DNA of 64,000 nucleotides, taken from contig BDGG01000011.1 in NCBI GenBank assembly GCA_001949185.1, positions 765,552-829,551 of the forward strand, given 5' to 3'. Under the pieces are notes generated by a model. The model worked only from the letters and a program-made list of their open reading frames with translations. It was not told where the DNA came from and made no database searches. Every line of letters starts with the position of its first letter. The first letter of the stretch is position 1. Source of the DNA: Ramazzottius varieornatus (lineage: Eukaryota > Animalia > Tardigrada). Shown piece by piece: positions 37,001 through 48,813 of the stretch. The translations under genes and the position numbers were made by a program.

Positions 37001-37558
37001 ATCCGCCCAGGACAACGTCAGCATCACCTGCATAACGAGAAGTGGATAAAGCATTAAACGAAGCAACGCAAACGCGTTAAAATATGCCCACCGGTGCGAA
37101 AGGCTTCGACGACATCGTTGACGTCTTGGTTATAATGTGTCAGGAGAAGCGTCAGCTCTTGATTCGACTTGTTCCTGGCTTCTGTTGAGGCTTCGCGAAT
37201 GGCGGCAAACATCTTCTTGGACACTGCAGCTCCTGTCGACCCAGCCATCACTGCGCCAGTGCGTGTGTTGTATTGAAAATCTGGAAGAAGAGAAGACGAG
37301 AAAATATTAGTGCATCAACAAAGATAAATTCGAATCTTAACGAACAATGCAAACTACGGTGAGCTTGGTTTGCCTATGCGAGAGCAAACAAGTTCAAAGC
37401 GGTATTAGAGGATTATTGGGATGCACCGAAGGGAAGCCATGGGAGAAGACGAGCCACGTCAACGAAAACACGGTTTCCAACGAGAGATTGCATTGCCATA
37501 CAGAGTACAAAGTCCAATGAACGCCACACACGCAGGTCGACCTACACTTACCAGTCAT
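34020..37558 (-). CDS. SPATS2/SPATS2L (DUF1387)-like protein with Q/N-rich region and C-terminal RGG box; first exon tentative
   Basis: AIREASTEARNKSNQELTLLLTHYNQDVNDVVEAFRTG|DADVVLGGWATTGTKK resembles the SPATS2 N-terminus; coiled-coil segment at 35643-35950. Confidence 0.75.
34200..34388. repeat. Palindromic element, 2 units (SPATS2-like intron)
   Basis: Cores at 34235 and 34306, both with 25-bp spacers. Confidence 0.92.
35174..35382. repeat. Palindromic element, 2 units (SPATS2-like intron)
   Basis: Two cores. Confidence 0.85.
36012..36265. repeat. Palindromic element, 3 units (SPATS2-like intron)
   Basis: Three cores, the middle one with a shortened spacer. Confidence 0.9.
36756..36952. 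repeat. Palindromic element, 2 units (SPATS2-like intron)
   Basis: Two cores with CCAAT spacers. Confidence 0.9.
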
Positions 37559-37966
37559 TCTCCGGCTCGAAGACTCCTTCACCCACCAGAAAGGCAACGA
37601 ACGAATGGTAGAGATGTTATTTCGAACGAAAACAGGACTAATCTTGAGAAAGGGAAGAAAAACTTGGCCAAGGAAAAACTTTTGAATAGAAACTGGAAAG
37701 AATGGACTGATGAGCTGCTGTCCTCTGCGTTGCTAGAGAGTGGGACACCCGTTCAAGCGGTTGACTGATTGCGCATTGGGAATGTCGAGGCGGAGCGAAT
37801 ATTCTCATACGTCATTGACCATACAACCAGTACAGAAGAAAATTATAGCGCCATTAGCTGCGCCAATACGGCCCAATGGAATTAGAGTACTGCATCGTAA
37901 AAAGTCAGATCACAACTTGATTCCCCACCCTTGGCGTATCTGTAGGTGGGTATTTTCTCCAGTCGA

Positions 37967-38134
37967 CAGTGTGCCAAAAAATTAACCGTCGAAAATGGGC
38001 GTTGGAAGGAACTAGATGGAAATAGCCAATGAAAATTGCGCATGCGGCGAGTCAAACCGTTATTGGTCATAGGATAATTAAATCCCCGTTCAGTTGGCAC
38101 ACCCATTATCGACGGTTAACTTTTTGGTACACTG
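37967..38134. mobile_element. Tc1/mariner-type MITE (family A, second copy)
   Basis: About 33-bp TIR CAGTGT(G/A)CCAAAAA(A/G)TTAACCGTCGA(A/T)AATGGG; TA on the right side; 168 bp, similar to 2630-2798. Confidence 0.8.
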
Positions 38135-38299
38135 TACCACGAGTGCTGATACAGCCCGGATTTTGGCACGCCGTTGTTTTCAGCACGTAAAGTACTGCAG
38201 CTCTACGGTAAAAGAATGTCCTCGACGTCAGACCGATGGAATTCCACACTCATCTCCGCGATACTTGTATCACGTGACTCCACAATGGAAATACCATTG

Positions 38300-38505
38300 C
38301 CACGCAGAACTCAACAAGATTATCTTCCCAAGTAGCGCATGGTCCACTGTTGTTATCTGGAAACGTGCGCCACTGGAAAAATGACATTGCCGAGCTACCC
38401 ATGTGCCGCACGGTTCCAGCCAACCACACTGAAAGCGTACGGCCGTACGCCAGCGGCCACTTAAGCTACAAGATTATCTTGTCGTGTTGCTTTGCCGAAC
38501 ACCCG
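38300..38505. repeat. Palindromic element, 2 units (intergenic)
   Basis: Cores plus arms. Confidence 0.8.
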
Positions 38506-38609
38506 ATTTCTGCTGGAAAATTCACCTAAGAAGTTAGCCTATAACTCAGGTCCTCGCAGTTGCAGGTCTGCTTCCTGAGCGACGGTGTAACAGCTGATGG
38601 GGAGCCTCA

Positions 38610-38820
38610 TTGAATCCCGCGGTGACATCCGGGGCGTATCACATCTCCGGTCACTCAAGTACCGTGCTACATATCCCGCGATCGACAAATCCCGGGACTT
38701 ATACAAAATGCCCGGGAGCATAAAATCCCGGGTAGCACGGGATTTACTACAGCCGAGATTTTATCCCGGCTATAATGGATTTCGCGGGATTCCGCAATCC
38801 CGGGATTTTGACCCGGTATA
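38610..38820. repeat. ATCCCG(G/C)G-rich degenerate repeat cluster
   Basis: About 10 variants of aatcccggg / atcccgcg / cgggattt within 210 bp. Confidence 0.65.
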
Positions 38821-39236
38821 ATACCATACTCGCACACATAGTTACAGTTTGGTCGGAGGCAAATTTGCGCGATCTGGTCAAGAGTCAATCATTACGGAAG
38901 ACGCTCCGTCTCCCGTTTTCACCATGGCCGTCAGGATGAACAAGAACCAAGAGCTTTTCCAGAGCAAAAAGAGAACGTGACGGAACATGGACTGGTTCAG
39001 TACAGCAACAGAAGTAGCGATTACAAAGATTTGTAAAAGGGAGAATGAGCCTACAAACGCCTTACCAGCTGGCAAAAGAGCACCAAGCAAACTCACTTGC
39101 TGGTCACAGTCTAAATAAATTTAGGTGAGAGATGAAAGAAAAAGAGGCCGCGCCTGGCCTGTTCATTGGCTACAAAAGAGTAAGTTAACAAAAAGTAAGA
39201 AGAAAACGTGGGATAGTGAAGGGTGGAGTGGGGCAG

Positions 39237-41527
39237 CTAAACATTGGGAGGACTTCCGCCAGGTGACATGCTGATGGGCGAACCGGCATCACCCAGTGCA
39301 TGCGCTGTCGACAAAACCCCAACTTGGCCGCTCCTCAGTCCGCTGGCTTGGTCTTTTACTATCGCATCTATAAAGAACAATATAGATCAAAACCAGGAGC
39401 TAAATTCGGGAGCTCGACAAACAACCTCGGCAACAAGGTTTTCGCAAGTGGCGCACTCCTCCGGTGTTATTGGGAGGTAGCGTGTGCCACTTGGAAAACC
39501 ACCTTGTCGAGCCTGTGTGCCGAGGTCCTAAATAAAAAACCTGGCGGGAAAGAGAGTAACGTAATTTATGTAAATGATCGTACAAAAGTAAGCGTGATCC
39601 ATGGCTTCTCTGGCCGTCAGCCTTTCCAGATGATCATAGCGCAGTAGTTTGTCCAGAAAGTCCAGAGCTTCGGGACTGACCAAGTGTTGGTTCTCACTGT
39701 GAACAAACCGTTCCCATCGTTTTTTGGAATGCCTGAAAGCAAACACCGCATGAAACGAGACAATGGCCGTACCGTACAACTGATACAAGACACAAGCAGT
39801 TACGGACCTTCCGAGTATATCGTTGAAGCGTGGATCGAGGTCAATCTGGTACTTTTCCAGATATTCAAAGAGCTCGTCGGTGCCCAACACTTTGGCGATC
39901 CGCACCAGCTGGTCGTAGTTGTCGTGCCCATGGAAGAACGGCTCTTTGCGAAAGATCATGCTGGCCATCATGCAGCCCAGCGACCACATGTCCAGTGAAT
40001 AGTCGTACATCTGGTAGTCCACCAGCAGCTCCGGACCCTTAAAGTATCGCGACGCCACCCGTACGTTGTACTCCTGTCCCGTGTGGTAAAACTCAGCCAA
40101 ACCCCAATCGATCAACCGCAGCTGCCAACACAAAACGCCCGTCACCACCAGAAGAATCTGCAGCTCGGCAAACCAACTCGACCACTCCGCTTTTCCAAGT
40201 GGCGCACACAACCAGCCAATCATACGGACAACGCGCGCCTCTTTGGGAAAACGATCTTGTCGAGTTTCCCAAGTGGCGCACGCTTCTAGCAATACAAAGA
40301 CATGCACACTTGGGAAAATAACTTGACAAGATCGTCCATTCAAATGGCACACGGTTCCGGTGTTTTTAGCTCAGACTGTGCGCCACTTAGGGAAAACATT
40401 TTGCAGAGTTTGCATGGCGAACTCCCATTTGGTAACCGAAGCAAACCAGCCGGCTCTGATCCCCGCACTGAGCGGTACGGATAAGAAATGTCCTATACCT
40501 TTCGCGTTTCATGGTCGATCATGACGTTATGGGGCTTGACGTCGCGGTGCATGATACCCATGCTGTGACAGAAGTCCAAGGCCTGCAAGAAAGCACTTCT
40601 CAGGATTGTGCATGGTCTTTCATACCTCACCGACAAAGGAAGAGGACTATACCTTCAGAAGCTCGAAGAGGTAAAATCTGATGTCGTAATCCGTCAAGGT
40701 CTGATATAATTGCTACGACAAAAGCGTCACTCAAGCATAAAATAAGGACAATATTATGCGCAATGGCCGATTATACCTTGAAGTCCGTATTGTTAACGTG
40801 CTCAAAAACCAGCGCCGGCGTTCGCGACTACGAAGAAGAAAGCAAAAACTGATTAGGAAGTATGAACTGCAACATGCGATGCAGCGTCGGCAGAATGAAA
40901 GGCTTACCACGGGATCTTTGACGACGGCAAGCAAATTGATAATATTTGTTCCTCCGCGTAAATTTTCCAGTATTTTAATTTCACGCTTAATCTTCTTCTT
41001 CTTTACCGGCTTGAGAATCTTGACGACGCACTTTTCATTGTTGGTTATATTGACAGCCTCAAAGACTTCGCTGTATTTGCCCCGGCCAAGTTTACGCACC
41101 AACTGAAAATCATCCTGATCCCTACAAACACGGCAAACTTTGCTCCCTGTACACTACCTCTTAGCGACGATGTTACATCTGATAAAAATGTGTACTGGGA
41201 GCTTAGCGAAAGAGCTAGACAAGACTATTCATCACGTGGCGCATCCTGCCAGCTTACAACGGTGTAAATGTGCGCCACGCCGGGAAATCCCCGTCGAGTT
41301 TCCCAAGTGGCACACAGGGCCAACGAACATCACTGCTATAGTGCGCCACACAACAAAACAATCCTGCCGAGTTTGTTTCGCTGAACTGTCTTAAAAGCTT
41401 ACCCCCATTGTATGATATGGGCCTCATAGTCCCAATATTCTCGTGGCCGTAAAGTGTTTATGTCAGCATAGGCACGAGCTCTGCTGGGCATTTGCAGTCT
41501 GGCTTTGGCTGCTTGACTGGAATTCAT
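39237..41527 (-). CDS. CSNK2A1: Casein kinase II subunit alpha
   Basis: [65 protein letters not shown]. Confidence 0.98.
39408..39528. repeat. Palindromic element (CK2 intron)
   Basis: Full arms plus core. Confidence 0.9.
40162..40427. repeat. Palindromic element, 3 units (CK2 intron)
   Basis: Cores at about 40199, 40273 and 40344. Confidence 0.92.
41197..41388. repeat. Palindromic element, 2 units (CK2 intron)
   Basis: Two cores. Confidence 0.85.
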
Positions 41528-42437
41528 AGCGACGATTCCCTCACCTTCCACCACCCGCGCAGGATATCAGGATATCTCCTAGTCAACTGCAATCAGTAGT
41601 TCATGTATATCGTCAACCAAAAATCAGGGCATCAGGCAGTAGACCATTTCGCACGGGCACTAGTACAACTGTAAAAAATCAATGATGGCCGACTTAACGA
41701 GAACGTCAGCGCAGTGGCCAGATGGACGGATGCTGCGTCTCACTCACGGTAGTTGCTCAGAAACTTCCAGATAAAGCACGCATCCACAGCAAGCCTTCTC
41801 CGCTGTGACTCCTTTCAGCTTCCTTTCGTCCAGATTTCGTCCAAGGAGCGAACTCTGGCGGCAAAAGATAAGCAAAGGATCGCAGGATGGTCACTGGAGT
41901 GCAGTGGGAGAAAATTCAAAAAACGTATGAATGAATCAAAGTGCCATCAATCAATCGACCACAGACTTTCAACTCCATGTAACCCGACTTCGCGCGAAGA
42001 TCAAAACTGCAATATCTATCTCACCTGTAGCCTCCTCTAGTTCTGCCAAGCGTCCGACGTTCTCTAATTTCTCGTAAAACAAAGTTGTGATCCCTCAAGA
42101 CTCAAAACACATGATGATCCATTGGAAGTTCGGGTAATCGGGTTCGGGTTTCTTGCGAACTGCGTCTTCCAAATGGAAACCTCGAATTTAAAATTCCAGC
42201 CCAGTTTCCGTTTCGTAAACTGGCATATGAGACGTACGTACAATAACGAGCATGTATAACTATAGCATAGTCACCATGTGATGTCATGGAAGCCTGACGT
42301 CACACAATGGATGAGATGACAAAATTCTACCTAAAACAGATCTTTTGAATCTTTCCTAGTGTTTTCTTCCCTGCCTCCTGGGCTGCCATTTCCCGAGCTT
42401 TTCGTTCTCTTCGAACCTGATCTTGTACAGGGAAGAC

Positions 42438-43687
42438 ATGGCGCTGTCAAAGGTATGCGGACTTGACGAATCGTGGGAATCGTACAACTTTGAAGCTCCA
42501 GCTCCCGAAGTGTCGGGCATGAAGCTGAACCAACCTCGTCTTTCTCTGGATGAATTTGCCGTCGGACTATCTATGCCATCTGTGGATGTAAGAACGTCAG
42601 AGCGTGTGCCTCTGGTTCTCGGGCAAAGTGTGTATGGTGTTTTCTTATAGGTGAACCAGAAAGTGGTGCAAGCCTTGCTGGAAGACGAGAGCGATGTCCA
42701 GGTGGAGCATCAGAAGGTTGCCAATCCGCGCGCTCTTTTCCTTCACGGTACCACTACTCTTAGCTTCAAGTTTCAAGGCGGTGTGATGGTCGCTGTGGAC
42801 TCTCGTGCTTCTTCTGGACAGCAGATCAGTAAGTCTCCCCGACGTAGTGGGAATTTCAGCCGAGAATTTTGAATCGTTTCCAGCTTTCGAATAGTTGTCG
42901 CTTACGCCAATCAAAGCAATCAATTCGTTGTCCGTCGTTGTCATCCAGCTGGATACAGGTTTACAATTTGTCTTGTGTTACAGGTGTATGCTGGTGAATG
43001 ACTTCACTAACGAGTATTCCCTTTCTTTCCAGGCTCGCAGACGGTCAACAAAGTCATCCCGATATCCAAGTACCTCCTAGGAACAATGGCCGGCGGTGCT
43101 GCTGACTGTACCTACTGGATGCGTGTCCTGAACCGGCAGTGCCGCATGTTCGAACTGCGTAACCGAGAACGCATCACGGTCTCTGCAGCTTCCAAACTCT
43201 TGTCCAACATGCTGTATGGTTATAAGGGCTACGGCATCTCTATTGTAAGACTCTGCTTTCTCTTCGAGGTTTAACCTAGCCCCTTTGTGATGTTACAGTA
43301 TGTCGTCTTAGGGCTCGATGATTGCGGGATACGACAAGCGTGGACCGGGTCTGTATGTCATCGACAACGACGGGCTGAGAGTGGCCGGAAACTGCTTCTC
43401 CATTGGCTCGGGTTCCCCTTATGCCTTTGGTGTGCTGGATACGGAGTATCGTTATGACCTAACTGATAAGGAAGCCTACGAACTCGCTCGTCGAGCCATC
43501 TATCACGCCACCATGCGCGACCCATACAGCGGTGGTAATGTCAGCGGTAAGTCCATCACTTTCCCTTCCGGTTCTATGTTCCTCATTTGTCTGCCTTTTT
43601 TCAGTGTATCACATTAAGGAGACTGGATGGGTCAAGATCGAGACGCAAGATGTTAGTGATTTGTTCTATAAAGATCGTGGCCTGTAA
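42438..43687 (+). CDS. PSMB5: Proteasome subunit beta type-5
   Basis: Propeptide then HG|[50 protein letters not shown]. Confidence 0.97.
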
Positions 43688-43834
43688 AGTTCCATTGTAG
43701 ATCCTTCCAGCCTCAAACACTGTTCATTTATCTTGTTCTTGTACTGGAATATCACACATGAATCGACATGCCATCTGGAATGATGATAGAAACGATAACT
43801 TATTCCTCGTAAAGCGAACTCGTACTCGATATGT

Positions 43835-43992
43835 GGGAGCTCCGAGCTGGCAAAACACACTCGATAAGATCGGTTGTGCCAAGTCGCGCACTCTCCCAGT
43901 CAGTAACACCGTACCCGTGCGCCACTTAGAAAAGCGATTGGAGAAAGCGCCACTTGAAGAAGGGATCTCGCCGAGTGTGTTTACGGAGCTCT
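43835..43992. repeat. Palindromic element between convergent 3' ends
   Basis: GGGAGCTC...GGAGCTCTC arms plus core. Confidence 0.85.
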
Positions 43993-44126
43993 CATGTGCG
44001 GTCAAAGTTGAATTATGTCCCTGGTATTGTCGTAAAACCGTGCGCCGTAAGGTTACAAGGGCAATTGCCCTTTTAGGAAGAACGGGAAAATGAGTCTTTT
44101 TTGAGGTGATATGCATTCTGAATGGT

Positions 44127-47100
44127 TCACAAGTTATGAACATTGTAAAACTGGATGACCACAGCTTCCGAAGGCCGCAGAGTCAAGGTTGTGCGTAGGT
44201 CGACCGTTTGGTTGAGATTAGCTTGCTTGTGGCGTCGGTGCAAGTTGACGCTCTGCACAATCATCCTTCCCCAGCCATGCAATGCCGCCGAGGACAAGCT
44301 GTATTCCCTGTTACTTTCTGTTCCCTCCAGCTGACCTCGGGGCTTGCGCAGGTCGAGGACCACCAAGAAGCCAGTGCCCTCGGTTCTGCTCTGGCGCACA
44401 AAGGCGTAGACGCTCTCACCGACCATCACTTGGCGGAAGGTGCCACTGTGGAGAGCCGACTCGTGCTTCTTGAGCTCGACAAGTTTCTGGAAGACTTTGA
44501 GAGTCGAGTGGCCTGCTCGTAGCTGCTGTTGGACGTTGTTCAAACGGTAACGATCGTTGATGGGCAGCCAGGGTCCGTGGGACGCGTTGGTGAAGCCGGC
44601 GTTGAGCTGGTTGCTCCATAACATCGGACTAACCTGTGGCCCGTGGGACAGGAAACGAGCATCGCTGGCAGACAGGTGGGTGCCGTGAGGCCCATCCAGC
44701 ATGCCCAGCTCGTCACCGTGATACGCCACCGCCGTACCTACAAGAACAAACTCTTACGTTTGGAAGCTACCAAACAAAAACGACCACATCGTTTTCTTCA
44801 CTGGCGCACTCTTTCAGCCAAAAATACTGAGCGTGAGAGAAACTTGGCACGATTAGCTTTCCAAGTAGCGCACGCTACCGGTTAAAAACTTTGAAATTAT
44901 GCGTCACTTACTGAAACAACTCGTCAAGATAGTTTTTCTCAGTGGCACACGATTCCAACAAAATTAATGGCGCTGAAAATGTACGTCACTCGAAAAAAAA
45001 CAACGATTTTATCAAGTTTTTATGCCTGGCGCTAGTCGGTTCTTCAGCCTCTAAGAGTGTAACTATCGAGAGACCGCTGCGCACCTGGTAGGAGGAGGTG
45101 AAGCATGTTGAGAGCGTCGACCAATTCCAGACTGCCAACACGCGAAGCCATTCGATGTGCATCGAAATTACCAACCTGCAAGTTACACACCGTGCTCAGT
45201 TGGCTCTTCAGAGAGGCTGATCGAAATATTACCTACCGCCCAGTTGGGTGAAGGGTTAGCGCTGCCGTCGGCGTTGTGGAGACTTTGTTGGACAAAGCGG
45301 GCAACTTCCAACCCTGGATTGGGCGTTGTGGAGTTCCACTGCATCAGGCGCCTGTTCAGCAGCAGGTCCACAGCAATCAAGCCGCTCAGAGCTTCCAAAC
45401 CGTCACCGTCCACCATCAAGACCCTGTCAACGAGTAACTCTGCTGAAACCATTCTTTTCTTCCGGATTCACCATCACCGTTGGGCCACTTACTTGCGGTT
45501 GCCGCTGCGAGCGTCATCAAGGACTCTCCGCCAACGGTAGAGCAGAGAGACGATGGGAGTAGGAATGCTAGTCAGAGCAGCATCCATCGAAGCGTTAACC
45601 AAGGGGGAACCAGTAGGGGAGACGATGTTCTCCACGTTGAGCAGGCGAAAGCCGTCAATGCCCTGATGTAGCCAGAAGCGTAGAACATTATCCATGGCTT
45701 GACGGAGGCTTTCGCTCTCATAGTTCAAATCGGCCTGTTCGCCGGACAGGTACGATGAAAAGTACTGCTGACGCGAAGGCATCCAGCCCCACACCGTTCT
45801 TCCACCAAACTTTGTTTTCTGGAAAGCGAAAAAGAAGTGTCCTCTACATCTTGCAGCGCTTCGCACTAAGGACATTCGTCCGCGAGAGACCAGATACAAA
45901 TGTACATTTGGGAGCCCGGCGAGATAACGTCGAAAAGATTCTTGTTCCAAGTGGCGCACGGTCTCAATATGTCGACTGAGACCGTGCGCCACTTGGAACA
46001 AGAATCTTTTCGACGTTATCTCGCCGGGCTCGCAAATGTACATTTGTATCAGGTCTCGCGCGGANNNNNNNNNNNNNNNNNNNNNNNNNNNNNNNNNNNN
46101 NNNNNNNNNNNNNNNNNNNNNNNNNNNNNNNNNNNNNNNNNNNNNNNNNNNNNNNNNNNNNNNNNNNNNNNNNNNNNNNNNNNNNNNNNNNNNNNNNNNN
46201 NNNNNNNNNNNNNNNNNNNNNNNNNNNNNNNNNNNNNNNNNNNNNNNNNNNNNNNNNNNNNNNNNNNNNNNNNNNNNNNNNNNNNNNNNNNNNNNNNNNN
46301 NNNNNNNNNNNNNNNNNNNNNNNNNNNNNNNNNNNNNNNNNNNNNNNNNNNNNNNNNNNNNNNNNGCGCCACTCAGAAAACCCGACCGGTGGTTTTCACA
46401 AGTGGCGCACGGTCTCAGTATTGTTGGCTGAAAGATTGCGCCACTTGGAGAAACGAGCTTGTTGAATTCGTTTGCCGAGCTCCCCGTCTAAGTTGAGAGG
46501 ACGAAAGTATTGGGTTACCTGCAGGCTGGGCGGTGTGGAAAAGTCTCTTCCCGCTTGAGTAACAGCTGCGTCCCAGTAGCCGCTATGCCACACGTAAAAG
46601 TCCCTGAACGATGTGCCCATTTCCGGTGGAGTGGCCACTGTCGATAATTGACTACTGAGAAACCATGGATGCTGTTGACTGGTACTTGATACCGGTATGT
46701 CCATAACCAGGCTCATATCTGTAACAGTCCGGAATACGATGCTTTTATTTGTACAAGAGAAAAGGTAGGGAGTGGTCGGACTGTGCACAAACCCGACGAT
46801 CGTTGGCTTACTTCGTCCGTGCATTTGGTCTAGCAGGTCCTTGAAGTCTGTTAGAGTTCCCACCGCGGGATCGATGTTGTAAAAGTTGGCGACCGCAAAG
46901 TTATTGCCGTTGGGGCCTTGTAGGATGGAATTAAGGACGATGACTTGAAGACCCAGTGTTTCCTTGATGTAATCCAGCCGACTTATCAATCCTGTGACAA
47001 CAAGAGAAGTTTCAAGTCAACAGCAAAACTTAAAACTAACAAGCTTTGAAATCAGATTCAAAACTCGTGTAGAAATATCGAGCTCTCATTTAACAGGAAA

Positions 47101-47896
47101 AGCATAAAGCAATGCTGAACTTTGCCGCCGCAAACTATTCCGTTCAGGTACATGGAAGTCAGGCACTCCAGCTGATTTTGCCCTTTTTCCACGCGGAAGC
47201 CTGGCAAGATCGTGCGGCACAAACCTGACAAGTAAATGAAATCTGCCCTTTTTCTACGCGAATGTCTCGAATTTGTGCTGTGCACGGCCCTGAGTTAAAT
47301 CCTCGTAGAAAAAGGGCAGGTTTTACTCAGCCGCGCATAACACCTCCCCACGACCACTGCACACCTACCTTGGATATCGCCGATGCCGTCGTTGTCGGAA
47401 TCTTGGAAGGTCTTGATATTAAGCTGATAGAGCACCGTCTTCTTCCACCAGCTTTCCGCGTAGGGCTCATCCGGCCCTTGACAAGTCCGCTCCCTGGCCA
47501 CAAGGTACACACAAGCGGCTATCAGACCCAAGACGCTTAGCCAAAAGAGAACCAGCAGGGCTATCCGCAGCTGACGCCAACGGCCTTGGCTGTAACGTTG
47601 GTGAAGCCGCTGTTTGGTCAACCCCTTGCCCGAGTCTTCTACTTCCGGTTCCATAACAGTCTCCAAAGCAGGAAGGGCGTTGCCATCCTCGGGAGCCAGT
47701 AGACCGTGGTTATGGCCGTTGGTCTTGCTTGACGACACCAGTGTGTACTGCAACCGGAACACAGCAAAGCAGAAGGTTAGTTAGCTGGTTGAAACGGGGG
47801 GAAGATGGGTGCTCTTACTGTGATGGTTCCGTGTTTGGTCACTTGGACCGTTTTGTGCTCGAATATTTCACCGTATGACGACGATTCCGCCATCAT
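44127..47896 (-). CDS. SLC3A (rBAT/4F2hc-like) amino-acid transporter heavy chain: type II membrane protein with a GH13 fold
   Basis: GLTKQRL..WRQLRIALLVLFWLSVLGLIAACVYLV TM; WWKKTVLYQL..FQDSDNDGIGDI, QADLNY, FWLHQGIDGFRL. Confidence 0.88.
44765..45032. repeat. Palindromic element, 3 degenerate units (SLC3A intron)
   Basis: Three cores. Confidence 0.8.
45879..46484. repeat. Palindromic element array spanning an assembly gap (SLC3A intron)
   Basis: Near-perfect 186-bp palindrome 45879-46064, then the gap, then a right-hand unit ending GCCGAGCTCCC. Confidence 0.8.
46065..46365. other. Assembly gap (301 N)
   Basis: Run of n. Confidence 1.
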
Positions 47897-48813
47897 CTTT
47901 CCGCAACACTGATACACCACAAAAAATTCGCAAGACCAAATTTCTACCGTTAACAACTATCTTTGGGGATTGAGAAGCACGGGAAAAAAGTCCCTTTCTC
48001 TGTGACACATATATGCCCCTGCGCGCATGTGACACGCTACAACTGGAAGCTGGGGCTGACTGGGACTTGCCTTGTATATTGCGCAACTCTTATCGATCCT
48101 CTTTGGATCCTCTTTGGCTAGATGTATGTATGATGGGGAAGCCCAGCAGGACCTGGATGCTAAAGAGGAAACTTCTCGCCCGCTCAAGCTGTTACGGGTC
48201 CCCGCATTCGGAACATGGATTATCACAGTGTTGTGACTTGTGAAGAGCCAGACGGTTCCCCGTAGGTCGCTGTACGTACAGCAACGCGCACCAGCTTTTC
48301 CACCGCGTCCGGCTTACTATGAATACTGTCAGCAAAGTACTTGCCAGTTTTGTGACTTATCAGGTGCAGACAACCCACGCCGCGCGGCTTTATTCAACGT
48401 GGACGAGATATTACAGTTTTACTTGGGCTTGCTGTATGGGTGGGAGGAGAAAATATAAAAATTGCGGCTTTTGTCCGACTCGATGCTTTCGGCATTGTAG
48501 TCATCATGGCTCTAAAACCGGTTGCTCGTGCCCCCGGCCTGACACGCTCACATACCGTCATGTACACCGCGCACAGAGGCCGATCAAGGCGATCATCGTA
48601 GCAAAGCCTCGATACTGATAATCCACAGCGATCGAAGCCGCTGCCGAGCCAACATAAACCAGTGAGACAAGCTGCACATTTTTCCGTCTAACACGCAGAA
48701 TTCAACCTTCTCACAGCCTTTGATTTCCGACTTATTCAACAGTCATAGCAAAATCTTTTCCGCTGCGCTGTTCCCGAGAACCTTCAAGTGGCACTACCAG
48801 AGTACCTTGGAAA

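Noticed and set aside
40162-40427. CRISPR-like look of palindromic repeats with constant-length variable spacers
   Set aside because: Eukaryotic intron; spacers are homologous to one consensus rather than unique; no cas genes or leader.
45900-46496. ORFs spanning the poly-X region
   Set aside because: Artefacts of the N gap and the mirrored palindrome.
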